Shown: one piece after another, positions 39,568 through 48,426 of the stretch
Layout of the letters: each line of letters begins with the position of its first letter
How positions within the stretch are numbered: position 1 is the first letter of the stretch
DNA from: Rhodanobacteraceae bacterium
GTDB taxonomy: Bacteria; Pseudomonadota; Gammaproteobacteria; Xanthomonadales; SZUA-5
Direction: 5' to 3'
NCBI GenBank assembly: GCA_016713135.1
Contig: JADJPR010000023.1
Location: 668,427-732,426 of the forward strand
Length of the DNA stretch: 64,000 nt
Notes under the pieces: generated by a model
The model's input: the letters and a program-made list of their open reading frames with translations, nothing else
Told to the model about the DNA's origin: nothing
Databases searched by the model: none
Position numbers and translations under genes: made by a program

Positions 39568-41293
39568 GACCATCGCCCTCGATACTCTTCTGCCGGCGCT
39601 GGCCAATCGCCCGCTGCTGGCCTGGCGCGGCGCGCACAGTGTCGGCGGACCTGCTTTCCTGGCGCGCGTCGGCGCCTGGCATCGCGCGCTCGACCTGCCC
39701 GCCGGCAGCACCCTGGCGCTGGTGCATGGCGATGCGATCGAGTTCGCCGCAGCCCTGTACGCGGCCTGGCTGCGCCGGCTGGTGGTACTGGTGCCGGGCG
39801 ACACCCTGCCGGCCACCGTCGCGACCGTCGCCGCCGACGTGGCCGCCCTGGCCGGCGAGTTCGGCGCGGCCACGACCCACCCGCAGCCGCCCACGGACGC
39901 CGAACCGCTGCCGGCCGCGCTGCCGCTCGGCCTGGCGAGCCCCCTGGTGCTGCAGACCTCGGGCTCGACCGGCACACCGCTGCGGGTGCCCAAGACCCTG
40001 CGCCAGCTGGACGCCGAAGTACGCACGCTGGAGGCTTGCTTCGGCCATGCGCTCGGCAGCGCGCGGATCGCCGCCACGGTGTCGCACCAGCACATCTACG
40101 GCCTGCTGTTCCGCCTGCTCTGGCCGCTCGCCAGCGGGCGCGCTTTCGAGGCGCACGCGCATCCCTACCTGGAGTCCGTGGCGCCGCTGCTGGGCGAGGG
40201 TGCGACCGCGCTGGTGTCCAGCCCGGCGCACCTGAAGCGGCTGCCGGCGGGCATCGACTGGCATCCGGGCGGGCGCACGCTGTCGGCGCTGTTCTCCTCC
40301 GGCGGTCCGCTGGATGCACCCGCGGCGCAGGCGCTGCAGGCGGCGACCGGCGTGTTGCCGATCGAGGTCTGGGGCAGCACCGAGACCGGCGGTATCGGCT
40401 GGCGCCAGCAAGCGAGCAGCGATACGCCGTTCGCGCCGCTGCCCGGCGTGTCGCTGTCCGCGGATGAGCACGGCGCGCTGGTCCTGCGCTCGCCGCACCT
40501 CGCCAGCGAGGACTGGCAAAGGCTGGCCGATCGCGGCGACCTGGATCCGGATGGGCGGGTGCGCCTGCGCGGGCGCGACGACCGCATCGTCAAGATCGGC
40601 GAGAAGCGTGTTTCGCTCAGCGCCATCGAGCGCGCGGCGGCGGGCGGTCCGTGGCTGAACGAGGTGCGCCTGGTGGCGCTGCCCGGGGACCGGCTGCAGC
40701 TTGGTCTGGTGGGCGTGCCCAACGCTGCTGCGCGCGAGGTCCTGCTCAAGGCCGGCCGGCGCGCGCTGGCGGATGCGCTGCGCGCCGGACTGGCCGCGCA
40801 CTGCGAGCGCGTGGCGCTGCCGCGGCGCTTCCGCTTTGTCCATGCACTGCCGCAGAACAGCCAGGGCAAGACCACCGATGCCGCGCTGGCCGCGCTGTTC
40901 GCCGACACCGAAACGCGCCCGCTGCTGCCTTTCCACGACTGGCCTATGCGCGAAGCCTGTCGGGCGACCGCGGAGCTGTGGATAGGCCCGGACCTGTACC
41001 ATTTCCAGGGCCATTTTCCGGGACAGCCGATCCTCCCCGGCGTGGCCCAGATCGACTGGGCAATCAGCCTGGCGCGCCAGATGTTCGCGCTGCCGCCGCA
41101 CCTGGTGCGCATGGAGGCGCTCAAGTTCCAGGCACTGATCCAGCCCGGCACCCGCCTCACCCTGGACCTCGAATGGAAGCCAGACCGGCAGCAGTTGGAG
41201 TTCCGCGCGCACTCGGCGGCAGGGGCGCATGCGAGTGCCAGGCTCGTGTTCGATAGTGCGTGTTCTGGCGCAGAGGTGAGACGTGAAACGTGA
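39560..41293 (+). CDS. adenylate-forming (AMP-dependent) ligase fused to a C-terminal hot-dog dehydratase-like domain (577 aa)
   Basis: LQTSGSTGTPLRVPKT is an adenylation core motif. The C-terminus has YHFQGHFPGQPILPGVAQIDWAI (FabA/FabZ-like). The stop TGA at 41291-41293 lies inside the GTGAAAC repeat element. Confidence 0.85.
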   Translation: MPETIALDTLLPALANRPLLAWRGAHSVGGPAFLARVGAWHRALDLPAGSTLALVHGDAIEFAAALYAAWLRRLVVLVPGDTLPATVATVAADVAALAGEFGAATTHPQPPTDAEPLPAALPLGLASPLVLQTSGSTGTPLRVPKTLRQLDAEVRTLEACFGHALGSARIAATVSHQHIYGLLFRLLWPLASGRAFEAHAHPYLESVAPLLGEGATALVSSPAHLKRLPAGIDWHPGGRTLSALFSSGGPLDAPAAQALQAATGVLPIEVWGSTETGGIGWRQQASSDTPFAPLPGVSLSADEHGALVLRSPHLASEDWQRLADRGDLDPDGRVRLRGRDDRIVKIGEKRVSLSAIERAAAGGPWLNEVRLVALPGDRLQLGLVGVPNAAAREVLLKAGRRALADALRAGLAAHCERVALPRRFRFVHALPQNSQGKTTDAALAALFADTETRPLLPFHDWPMREACRATAELWIGPDLYHFQGHFPGQPILPGVAQIDWAISLARQMFALPPHLVRMEALKFQALIQPGTRLTLDLEWKPDRQQLEFRAHSAAGAHASARLVFDSACSGAEVRRET

Positions 41294-41455
41294 AACGGAG
41301 GAAGTGAAACGTGAAACGTAAAACGTCAATGGGCGGCGGCTCTGATTGACGTTTTACGTTTGACGTTTGACCTTTTCGCACCGCAACGTCAAAGGACCGC
41401 GCCTCCGATTGACGTTTCACGTTTCACGTTTGACCTTTGATTCCTCACGTTTGAA
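41276..41455. repeat. oligomer-armed hairpin element (GTGAAAC / GTTTCAC heptamers) with one left and two right arms
   Basis: Left arm: GTGAGAC GTGAAAC GTGAAAC ... GTGAAAC GTGAAAC GTAAAAC GTCAAT (41276-41330). Right arm 1: ATTGAC GTTTTAC GTTTGAC GTTTGAC (41345-41371). Right arm 2: ATTGAC GTTTCAC GTTTCAC GTTTGAC ... (41408-41455). Confidence 0.85.
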
Positions 41456-41485
41456 ATTCCCAGAGATTCCGAGCAGCCCCACCCC

Positions 41486-42229
41486 ATGCCCATCCGCCCC
41501 CTGATCGTCATCCCGGTCTACAACCACGAACGCGGCCTGGCGACGATGCTCGACGGGCTGCGCGCGAGTGGGTTGCCATGCCTGCTGGTGGATGACGGCA
41601 GCGAGCCGGGCTGCGCGGCGGCGCTGGCGGAGATGGCGCGGACACACGCCGGCTGGCTGAGTCTGGTCAGCCGCGCCGAGAACGGCGGCAAGGGCGCGGC
41701 GCTGATGACCGGCTTTGCCGAGGCGGCGCGGCGCGGCTACAGCCATGTGCTGCAGATCGACGCCGATGGCCAGCACGACACCGCGGACATCCCGCGCTTC
41801 CTGGCCGCGGCGCAGGCCAATCCGCAGGCGCTGATCCTGGGCCAGCCGCGCTACGACCAGAGCGTGCCGACCGGGCGCCTGATCGGGCGCTACGTGACCC
41901 ATGTCTGGGTCTGGATCAACACGCTGAGCCTGGCGATTGCCGACACCATGTGCGGCTTCCGCGTCTATCCGCTGGCGCCGGTGCAGGCCGTGCTGGCGCA
42001 GGAAAAGCTCGGCTCGCGGATGGATTTCGACACCGAGATCGTGGTCCGCCTGCATTGGCGCGGCGTGCGTGTGATCAATCTGCCCACGCCGGTGCGCTAC
42101 CCTGCCGATGGCGTGTCGCACTTCAAGCTGTGGCTGGACAATTTGATGATCTCGCGCATGCATGCGCGACTTTTCTTCGGCATGTTGTGGCGTGCGCCGC
42201 GGCTGCTGTGGCGGCGGCTTGCCGGATGA
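41486..42229 (+). CDS. family 2 glycosyltransferase (247 aa)
   Basis: LIVIPVYNHERGL...LLVDDGSEPG...QIDADGQH are GT2 signatures. Confidence 0.85.
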   Translation: MPIRPLIVIPVYNHERGLATMLDGLRASGLPCLLVDDGSEPGCAAALAEMARTHAGWLSLVSRAENGGKGAALMTGFAEAARRGYSHVLQIDADGQHDTADIPRFLAAAQANPQALILGQPRYDQSVPTGRLIGRYVTHVWVWINTLSLAIADTMCGFRVYPLAPVQAVLAQEKLGSRMDFDTEIVVRLHWRGVRVINLPTPVRYPADGVSHFKLWLDNLMISRMHARLFFGMLWRAPRLLWRRLAG

Positions 42230-43153
42230 GCGGGGAGCGCCACTGGGCCGACATCGGTGAGGCCGGCTTCGTCGGCGGCATGCGTTTCCTGGTGTGGACC
42301 TACCGCTGGTTCGGGCGGCTGCCGTTCCGCATCGCGCTGTACCCGGTGCTCGGCTACTTCTTCCTGGTGCGCGGCATCGCGCGGCGGGCGTCGCTGGAAT
42401 ACCTCGGGCGGCTGCAGGCGGCGCACGCGGTGTTCGTCCGGCCGCCCGGCCTAGGCACCGCCTGGCGCCACTTCCTGAGCTTCGCGGATGCCCTGCTCGA
42501 CAAGGTGCTGGCGATGGGCGGCGCCTTCACCCTCGAGCAGATCACGATGGACAACCAGCAGGTGGTGCTGCCGCTGCTGGATGCCGGGCGCGGAGCGGTG
42601 ATGCTGACCGCGCACGTGGGCAACCTCGAGGTCTGCCAAGCGCTGGCCGAACTGCAGCCCCGGCTGCTTCTGAACATCCTGGTGCACCACGTCAACGCGC
42701 AGAAGTTCAACCGCTTGCTGGAACGCCAGGGCGCCAGCCAGGTGCGCCTGATCGAGGTGACCGAGATCACGCCGGCCACGGCGATGGAGCTGGAGCGGCG
42801 CGTGGCCGCGGGCGAGATGCTGGTGATCGCCGCCGACCGCCTGACCCCGGGCAGCGCGCGGCGTTCGCTGGCGGTGCCTTTCCTCGGGCCACGCCGCGCA
42901 CTTCCCGCAAGGCCCGTTCATCCTCGCCAGCCTGCTGCGCTGCCCGGTGTTCCTGGTTTTCTGCACCCGCCGCGCCGGCTGCTACCACATCGATTTCGAA
43001 ACCTTCGCCGAGCGCATCGAGCGGGTCCGCGGCGCGCCGGACGCGGGCCTGCGTCCGTGGATCGAGCGTTACGCCGCACGCGTCGAGCAGCAATGCCGCC
43101 AGGCGCCGCTGCAGTGGTTCAATTTCTATCCCTTCTGGGCGCACCCCGGTTGA
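42226..43153 (+). pseudogene. LpxL/HtrB-like lipid A-type acyltransferase interrupted by a +1 frameshift near 42889
   Basis: The N-terminal part (MSGERHWADIGEAGF...LTAHVGNLEV...SLAVPFLG) is in the 42226 frame. The C-terminal part (HAAHFPQGPFILASLLRCPVFLVFCTRRAGCYHIDFE...QWFNFYPFWAHPG) is in the frame of ORF 42947-43153. One extra C in CGGGCC (42885-42890) separates them. This may be a sequencing error. Confidence 0.55.
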
Positions 43154-43223
43154 CCGCTGCTTTCTCGCGCCACCGCCGCGCCCGGCTATCCTCCGTCCTT
43201 CACGCCGTGCCCACACCTCCCCG

Positions 43224-44768
43224 ATGCCCGACCGCAACCCGACGCCTGTCCGCTTCGACGGCCAGCCATTGACCATCGAAGACATCGTCGCGCTGGCCCG
43301 CCGGCAACGCCCGGCGGTGCTCGACGACAGCGAGCCCCTGCGCCAGCGGATCCAGGCCGGCGCTGATTTCCTCGACCGCGTGCTGGCCGAGGACGGCGTG
43401 ATCTACGGCGTGACCACCGGCTACGGCGATTCCTGCACCGTCAGCATCCCGACCGGCCTGGCGCTGGAGCTGCCGCAGCGGCTGTACACCTACCACGGTT
43501 GCGGCGCGGGGGCGCTGCTGACGCGCGAACAGACCCGCGCGGTGCTGGCCACGCGCCTGAATTCGCTGGTCCAGGGCTATTCCGGCGTGAGCTGGCGCCT
43601 GCTGCAGCAGCTCGCCGGCCTGCTCCGGCACGATGTGCTGCCGCGTATTCCGTCCGAAGGATCGGTCGGCGCCAGCGGCGACCTGACCCCACTCAGTTAT
43701 GTCGCCGCCGTGCTGTGCGGCGAGCGTGAAGTGTGGAAGGGCGAAGGCGCCGAGCCGGCGGCCGATGCGCTCGCCGCTGCGGGCCTTGCGCCGTTGAAGC
43801 TGCGGCCGAAGGAAGGCCTGGCGGTGATGAACGGCACCGCGGTGATGACCGCGCTGGCCTGCCTGGCGCACGCGCGCGCCGACTACCTGTCGCGCCTGGC
43901 CACCCGCATCACCGCGCTGGCGGTGGTGGTGATCGACGGCAATCCGCACCACTACGACGAGCGCCTGTTCGCGGTGAAGCCGCATCCGGGACAGATGCGC
44001 GTGGCCGCGCGGCTGCGCGCGGACCTGGCCGCCGACCGCCCGCCGCGCAATGAGCAGCGCCTGCAGGATCGCTATTCGCTGCGCTGCGCGCCGCACGTGC
44101 TGGGCGCGCTGGAAGATGCGCTGCCCTGGCTGCGAACGCTGATCGAAACCGAGCTCAACAGCGCCAACGACAACCCGATCATCGATCCGGATGACCTGCG
44201 CGTGCTCCACGGCGGCCATTTCTACGGCGGTCACATCGCGATGGCGATGGACACCCTGAAGTGCCAGGTGGCCAACCTGGCCGATCTGCTCGACCGCCAG
44301 ATGGCGCTGCTGGTGGATGCGCGCTACAACCACGGGTTACCGGCCAACTTGTCCGGCGCCAGCGGCAGCCGACGGCCGATCAACCACGGCCTGAAGGCGC
44401 TGCAGATCAGCGCCTCGGCCTGGACCGCCGAAGCGCTCAAACAGACCCTGCCGGCCTCGGTATTCAGCCGCTCCACCGAGTGCCACAACCAGGACAAGGT
44501 GAGCATGGGCACGATCGCCGCGCGCGACTGCCTGCGCGTGCTGGAACTGGCCGAGCAGGTCGCCGCGGCGCTGCTGGTCACGGTGCGCCAGGGCATCGAA
44601 CTGCGCCTGAAACTGACGCCCGGCAGTACGCTGCCGACAGCGCTGGCGACGATGCAGCAGGATCTCGCGGCCCGGATCGGGTTCATTGACGAGGACCGCG
44701 CGCTCGACCGCACCCTGGTCGAACTGATGGCCGCGATCGATGCCCGCGCGTGGCCACTGTATGACTGA
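43224..44768 (+). CDS. MIO-dependent aromatic amino acid ammonia-lyase (HAL/TAL/PAL family, 514 aa)
   Basis: YGVTTGYGDS..., GSVGASGDLTPLS (Ala-Ser-Gly MIO triad), NDNPII. The ATG at 43224 lies inside the 824-aa ORF 42294-44768. Confidence 0.9.
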   Translation: MPDRNPTPVRFDGQPLTIEDIVALARRQRPAVLDDSEPLRQRIQAGADFLDRVLAEDGVIYGVTTGYGDSCTVSIPTGLALELPQRLYTYHGCGAGALLTREQTRAVLATRLNSLVQGYSGVSWRLLQQLAGLLRHDVLPRIPSEGSVGASGDLTPLSYVAAVLCGEREVWKGEGAEPAADALAAAGLAPLKLRPKEGLAVMNGTAVMTALACLAHARADYLSRLATRITALAVVVIDGNPHHYDERLFAVKPHPGQMRVAARLRADLAADRPPRNEQRLQDRYSLRCAPHVLGALEDALPWLRTLIETELNSANDNPIIDPDDLRVLHGGHFYGGHIAMAMDTLKCQVANLADLLDRQMALLVDARYNHGLPANLSGASGSRRPINHGLKALQISASAWTAEALKQTLPASVFSRSTECHNQDKVSMGTIAARDCLRVLELAEQVAAALLVTVRQGIELRLKLTPGSTLPTALATMQQDLAARIGFIDEDRALDRTLVELMAAIDARAWPLYD

Positions 44769-45183
44769 GACGCCCGCGGCCTGGCAGGCCGACACCCTGA
44801 TCGACCCGGCCTTTTTCGATATCGACCCGATGGAGATCGTCTGGCACGGCAACTATGTGAAATACCTCGAGGTGGCGCGCTGCACCCTGCTCGACCAGAT
44901 CGACTACAACTACTACCAGATGAAGGACTCCGGCTACGCCTGGCCGATCGTGGACCTGCACCTGCGCTACGTGCAGCCGGTGCGCTTCCGCCAGAAGATC
45001 CGCATCAACGCGAAGATCATCGAGTGGGAGCACCGCCTGAAGATCCACTACCGCATCTGCGACGACGCCAGCGGCCGCAAGCTCACCACCGGCCACACGG
45101 TGCAGGTGGCGGTGGACATCCGCAACGGCGAACTGCAGTTCGAGACCCCGCCGGTGTTGCGGCGGAAGCTGGGGCTGGCGTGA
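44761..45183 (+). CDS. 4HBT/YbgC-type hot-dog thioesterase (140 aa)
   Basis: DIDPMEIVWHGNYVKYLEVARCTLLDQI is typical of acyl-CoA/ACP thioesterases. The start overlaps the lyase stop. Confidence 0.8.
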   Translation: MTETPAAWQADTLIDPAFFDIDPMEIVWHGNYVKYLEVARCTLLDQIDYNYYQMKDSGYAWPIVDLHLRYVQPVRFRQKIRINAKIIEWEHRLKIHYRICDDASGRKLTTGHTVQVAVDIRNGELQFETPPVLRRKLGLA

Positions 45184-45188
45184 GCCGC

Positions 45189-46043
45189 ATGGCGCCGGGC
45201 ATCGCGCAGCGTGATCGACGCGCTCCGGGTTGCGCTGATGCACGCGCTGCAGGGTTGTGGGTTGTGGGTTGTGGGTTGTGGGCAGCGCGACCGGCGCGAG
45301 ATCCCGGGCGCAGGGCAACTTGGCTGGCCGCCATCTTCGCACTCGCCAGTGCCCTTGCTCCTGCCTTTGCTGCCCAGAACCCAGAACCCACAACCCAGAA
45401 CCCGCTTATCGCTGCCCACAACCCACAATCCACAACCCAGAACCCGCATATCGCTGCCCAGAACCCACAACCCACAACCCAGAACCCGCTGACCGCTGCC
45501 ACGGACCTCCTCACCACCATCGCCGCCCGCATCCAGCCCGCCGCGGTGCTGCGCGGCGAGTTCGTGCAGGAGCGCACGCTGGTGGGCTTCGCCAAACCGC
45601 TGCGCTCCACCGGGCGCTTCGTGGCGGCGCGCGGGCGCGGGGTGCTGTGGATCACGCAATCGCCGTTTCCGGGAGAACTGGTGATCACCGAGGGCGCGAT
45701 CCGCGAGCGGGTGGACGGCAGCGAGAGCGTGGTCGTCGATGCCAGCCGGGAACCTGCGCTGCAGCAAATCAATCGCGTGCTGCTGGCGCTGCTGCAGGGC
45801 GATCTCGCCACCCTGCGCGAGCAGTTCAGCGTGGCTGGCCAGGACGATTCCCAAGGTTGGGCGCTGACGCTGACGCCGCAGCCGCCGTTGAGCGAGGCCA
45901 TCGGCCTGGTCGAACTGGCCGGAAACAGCCAGGTCGAAGTGGTCAGCATCCGTGAGCACAACGGCGATCTCAGCCGGGTCGAGTTCCATGCGCTGTCCGG
46001 CGGCGACGCGCTGACCGCCGACGAAGCGGCGCGCCTTGACTGA
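45189..46043 (+). CDS. LolA-like outer-membrane lipoprotein-carrier family protein; its N-terminus is read through a hairpin repeat element (284 aa if the ATG at 45189 is used)
   Basis: The conserved body is DLLTTIAARIQPAAVLRGEFVQERTLVGFAKPLRSTGRFVAARGRGVLWITQSPF... The only upstream in-frame ATG is 45189. The signal-like stretch RRATWLAAIFALASALAPAFAA lies in the loop of the repeat element. Confidence 0.65.
   Translation: MAPGIAQRDRRAPGCADARAAGLWVVGCGLWAARPARDPGRRATWLAAIFALASALAPAFAAQNPEPTTQNPLIAAHNPQSTTQNPHIAAQNPQPTTQNPLTAATDLLTTIAARIQPAAVLRGEFVQERTLVGFAKPLRSTGRFVAARGRGVLWITQSPFPGELVITEGAIRERVDGSESVVVDASREPALQQINRVLLALLQGDLATLREQFSVAGQDDSQGWALTLTPQPPLSEAIGLVELAGNSQVEVVSIREHNGDLSRVEFHALSGGDALTADEAARLD
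45252..45494. repeat. oligomer-armed hairpin element (GGGTTGT heptamers; right arm = 3 x 42 nt) inside the LolA-like reading frame
   Basis: Left arm: GGGTTGT x4 (45252-45283). Right arm 45369-45494 = GCTGCCCAGAACCCAGAACCCACAACCCAGAACCCGCTTATC and two variants. Related to 23787-23954. Confidence 0.85.
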
Positions 46044-48357
46044 ATCCGCGCCGCCGCGCCGCCACTGGCTCGCCTGGGCCTGGGCGCTGCTGGTGCTGGG
46101 TTGTGCGGCGCACCTGGCGCTGGTCGGATCGCGCGGCGAGTGGCCGGTCGACACCGACGTGATGGCGCTGCTACCGCAGGACACGCGCCACCCCGCGGCC
46201 GAACAGGCGCTGGCGCGCTTGAGCGATGCCGCCTCGCGACGGGTGGTCGTGGTCCTGGCCGCCGACGACTTTGCCCGCGTGCGCGCGGCGGCCAGCGAGA
46301 TCCAGGTGTTACTCGCGGGCAGCGACAGCCCACTGCAGGCGGCGGCGGGCAACACCGGCGCCAGCCGCGAGTTGATCGAGTTCTACGCGCCCTGGCGCGA
46401 CCGTCTGCTCGCCCGCAGCGACCGCGAGCGCCTGGCGCAGCAGAGTCCCGAGCAGATCGCGCGGGCCGCGGTGCAGCGGCTGTATCGCCCGGGGCCGGGC
46501 ATGCGGGCGCTCGGGCCGCTGGAGGATCCGCTCGACAGCTACGCCGCCTGGCTCGCCGAGCGCGCCGGCGCCACCCGCTTGCGCCCGCGCGAAGGCTGGC
46601 TGTGGCAGCAGGCCGATGGGCACGAGTTGATCGTGCTGCCCTTCGAACTGCGCGCCACCGCGCTCAGCGTCGCGGCGCTGCAGCAGTTGCAGCCGCGCCT
46701 CACCGCCGCGCGCGCCGCGGCGGCGGCCCAGGGCGTGGAGATGCTCAGCGCCGGCGTGCCGGTGCATGCCGCCGCCGCCGCGCTGCAGGCCGAGCGCGAG
46801 ATGAGCCTGATCGGTGCCGGCGCGGCGCTCGGGATCGTGGTGCTGATGCTGCTGTGTTTCCGCCGCCTGCGGCCGATGCTGCTGGTGCTGGGATCGGTGG
46901 GTGTCGGCCTGCTGGTCGCGCTGTCGCTCTGCCTGTTGCTGTTCGAGCGCGTGCACCTGCTGACGCTGGTGTTCGGCGCCAGCCTGGTCGGCGTCGCCGA
47001 GGACTACGCCATCCACTGGCTCAGCGCGCGGGCGCTGGCGCCGCCCGGCGAGGCCGAGCGCACGACGCGCGCGCTGGTGCCCGGGCTGTGGCTGGCCTTC
47101 GCCACCTCCGCGCTCGGCTACCTGGCGCTGGCGCTGGCGCCTTTCCCCGGCTTGCAGCAGATGGCGCTGTTCTCGATCGCAGGACTCGCCGGCGCGCTGG
47201 TCTCGGTGCTGCTGTGGATGCCGCAGCTGGTCGGCCGCGAACCGACGGCCACCGCGATCAGCGTGTGGCTGGCCGGCTCCTTCCGCCGCTGGCCCCGGCT
47301 GCGCGCCACGCCGACATCGCTCGGCATCCTCGGGCTGCTGCTCCTGCTGGCGTCAGCCGGCGCCGCGCGCCTGCGCAGCAGCGACGATTTGCGCGCGCTG
47401 CAATCCTCGCCGCCGGCGCTGGTTGCGGAGCAGGCGCGCATCGGCGCGTGGCTGGCCGAGCCCAGCCCGGTGCAGTTCTACCTGGTACAGGGGCGCGACC
47501 ACGCCGAACTGTTGGCGCGCGAGGAAGCGCTGGTCGTGAAGCTGGACGCGCTGCGGCAGGAGGGCTTCATCGACGGTCATCGTGCGCTGTCCGACTGGGT
47601 CCCTTCGCCCACCCGGCAGGCGCAGGACCGCACCTTGTGGCAACCCGCGGCTGGCGCTGCGCGCGCCGCCATCGCAGCCGAGCTGGGCGGCAGCGGCGCA
47701 GCCGCGAGGCCGCTGGCCGACGCTCCGCTGACTCTCGACGAATGGCTCGCCAGCCCGGCGGCGCTGGCGCTCCGCCCGCTGTACCTCGGCCAGCTCGACG
47801 GCGCGTTCCAGAGCGTGGTCCAGGTCCATGGGCTCGACTCGGCGGCACAGCTGCCGCGCCTCGCTGCCCAGGCCCAGGCGCTGCCGGGCGTAACCTGGGT
47901 CGATCGCATCGGCGACTATTCGCGGCTGCTGCGCGAGTACCGGATCGCCATGATCCAGGTGCTCGGCGCCAGCATCGTGCTGGTCGCGGTCCTGCTGGCC
48001 TGGCGCTACCGACGCCAGGCCTGGCGGGTTTTGCTGCCGACGCTGGTCGCGATGCTCGCGGTGCTGGCCTGGCTCGGCTGGCGCGGCGAGCCGCTGCAAC
48101 TGTTCCACGTGCTCGGCCTGATCGTGCTGCTCGGCATGGCCGACGACTACGGCATCTTCCTGCTCGAAGCGGATGCCGCCGGACCCGCGTGGCTCGGCGT
48201 GGTGCTCGGCGCGGTCAACACCCTGCTGGCCTTCGGCCTGCTCGCCTTCTCGGGCACGCCGGCGCTGGCGGCTTTCGGGTTGACGCTGCTGATCGGAATT
48301 GCCGTGGCCTGGTTGCTGGCGCCAACCGTGGCGCCCACTCCGCAGCGCCCGGGTTGA
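46036..48357 (+). CDS. MMPL/RND-superfamily exporter (773 aa)
   Basis: Two blocks of TM helices separated by large periplasmic domains. TTG start per the ORF track, overlapping the LolA-like stop. Its position matches the MMPL gene of aryl-polyene clusters. Confidence 0.85.
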   Translation: MTESAPPRRHWLAWAWALLVLGCAAHLALVGSRGEWPVDTDVMALLPQDTRHPAAEQALARLSDAASRRVVVVLAADDFARVRAAASEIQVLLAGSDSPLQAAAGNTGASRELIEFYAPWRDRLLARSDRERLAQQSPEQIARAAVQRLYRPGPGMRALGPLEDPLDSYAAWLAERAGATRLRPREGWLWQQADGHELIVLPFELRATALSVAALQQLQPRLTAARAAAAAQGVEMLSAGVPVHAAAAALQAEREMSLIGAGAALGIVVLMLLCFRRLRPMLLVLGSVGVGLLVALSLCLLLFERVHLLTLVFGASLVGVAEDYAIHWLSARALAPPGEAERTTRALVPGLWLAFATSALGYLALALAPFPGLQQMALFSIAGLAGALVSVLLWMPQLVGREPTATAISVWLAGSFRRWPRLRATPTSLGILGLLLLLASAGAARLRSSDDLRALQSSPPALVAEQARIGAWLAEPSPVQFYLVQGRDHAELLAREEALVVKLDALRQEGFIDGHRALSDWVPSPTRQAQDRTLWQPAAGAARAAIAAELGGSGAAARPLADAPLTLDEWLASPAALALRPLYLGQLDGAFQSVVQVHGLDSAAQLPRLAAQAQALPGVTWVDRIGDYSRLLREYRIAMIQVLGASIVLVAVLLAWRYRRQAWRVLLPTLVAMLAVLAWLGWRGEPLQLFHVLGLIVLLGMADDYGIFLLEADAAGPAWLGVVLGAVNTLLAFGLLAFSGTPALAAFGLTLLIGIAVAWLLAPTVAPTPQRPG

Positions 48358-48426
48358 TCGCACGACCGTGCTCCGGGCGGGCATCCAAGGCATCATCCTC
48401 ACCCCGAATTCACACGCGCGCCGTCC

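Noticed and set aside
23787-45494. Integron attC sites or gene cassettes as an explanation for structure-conserved, sequence-variable hairpins.
   Set aside because: I found no GTTRRRY-type core sites at the hairpin bases, no cassette-sized promoterless ORFs between them, and no intI. The stems are internally tandem-repetitive, unlike attC.
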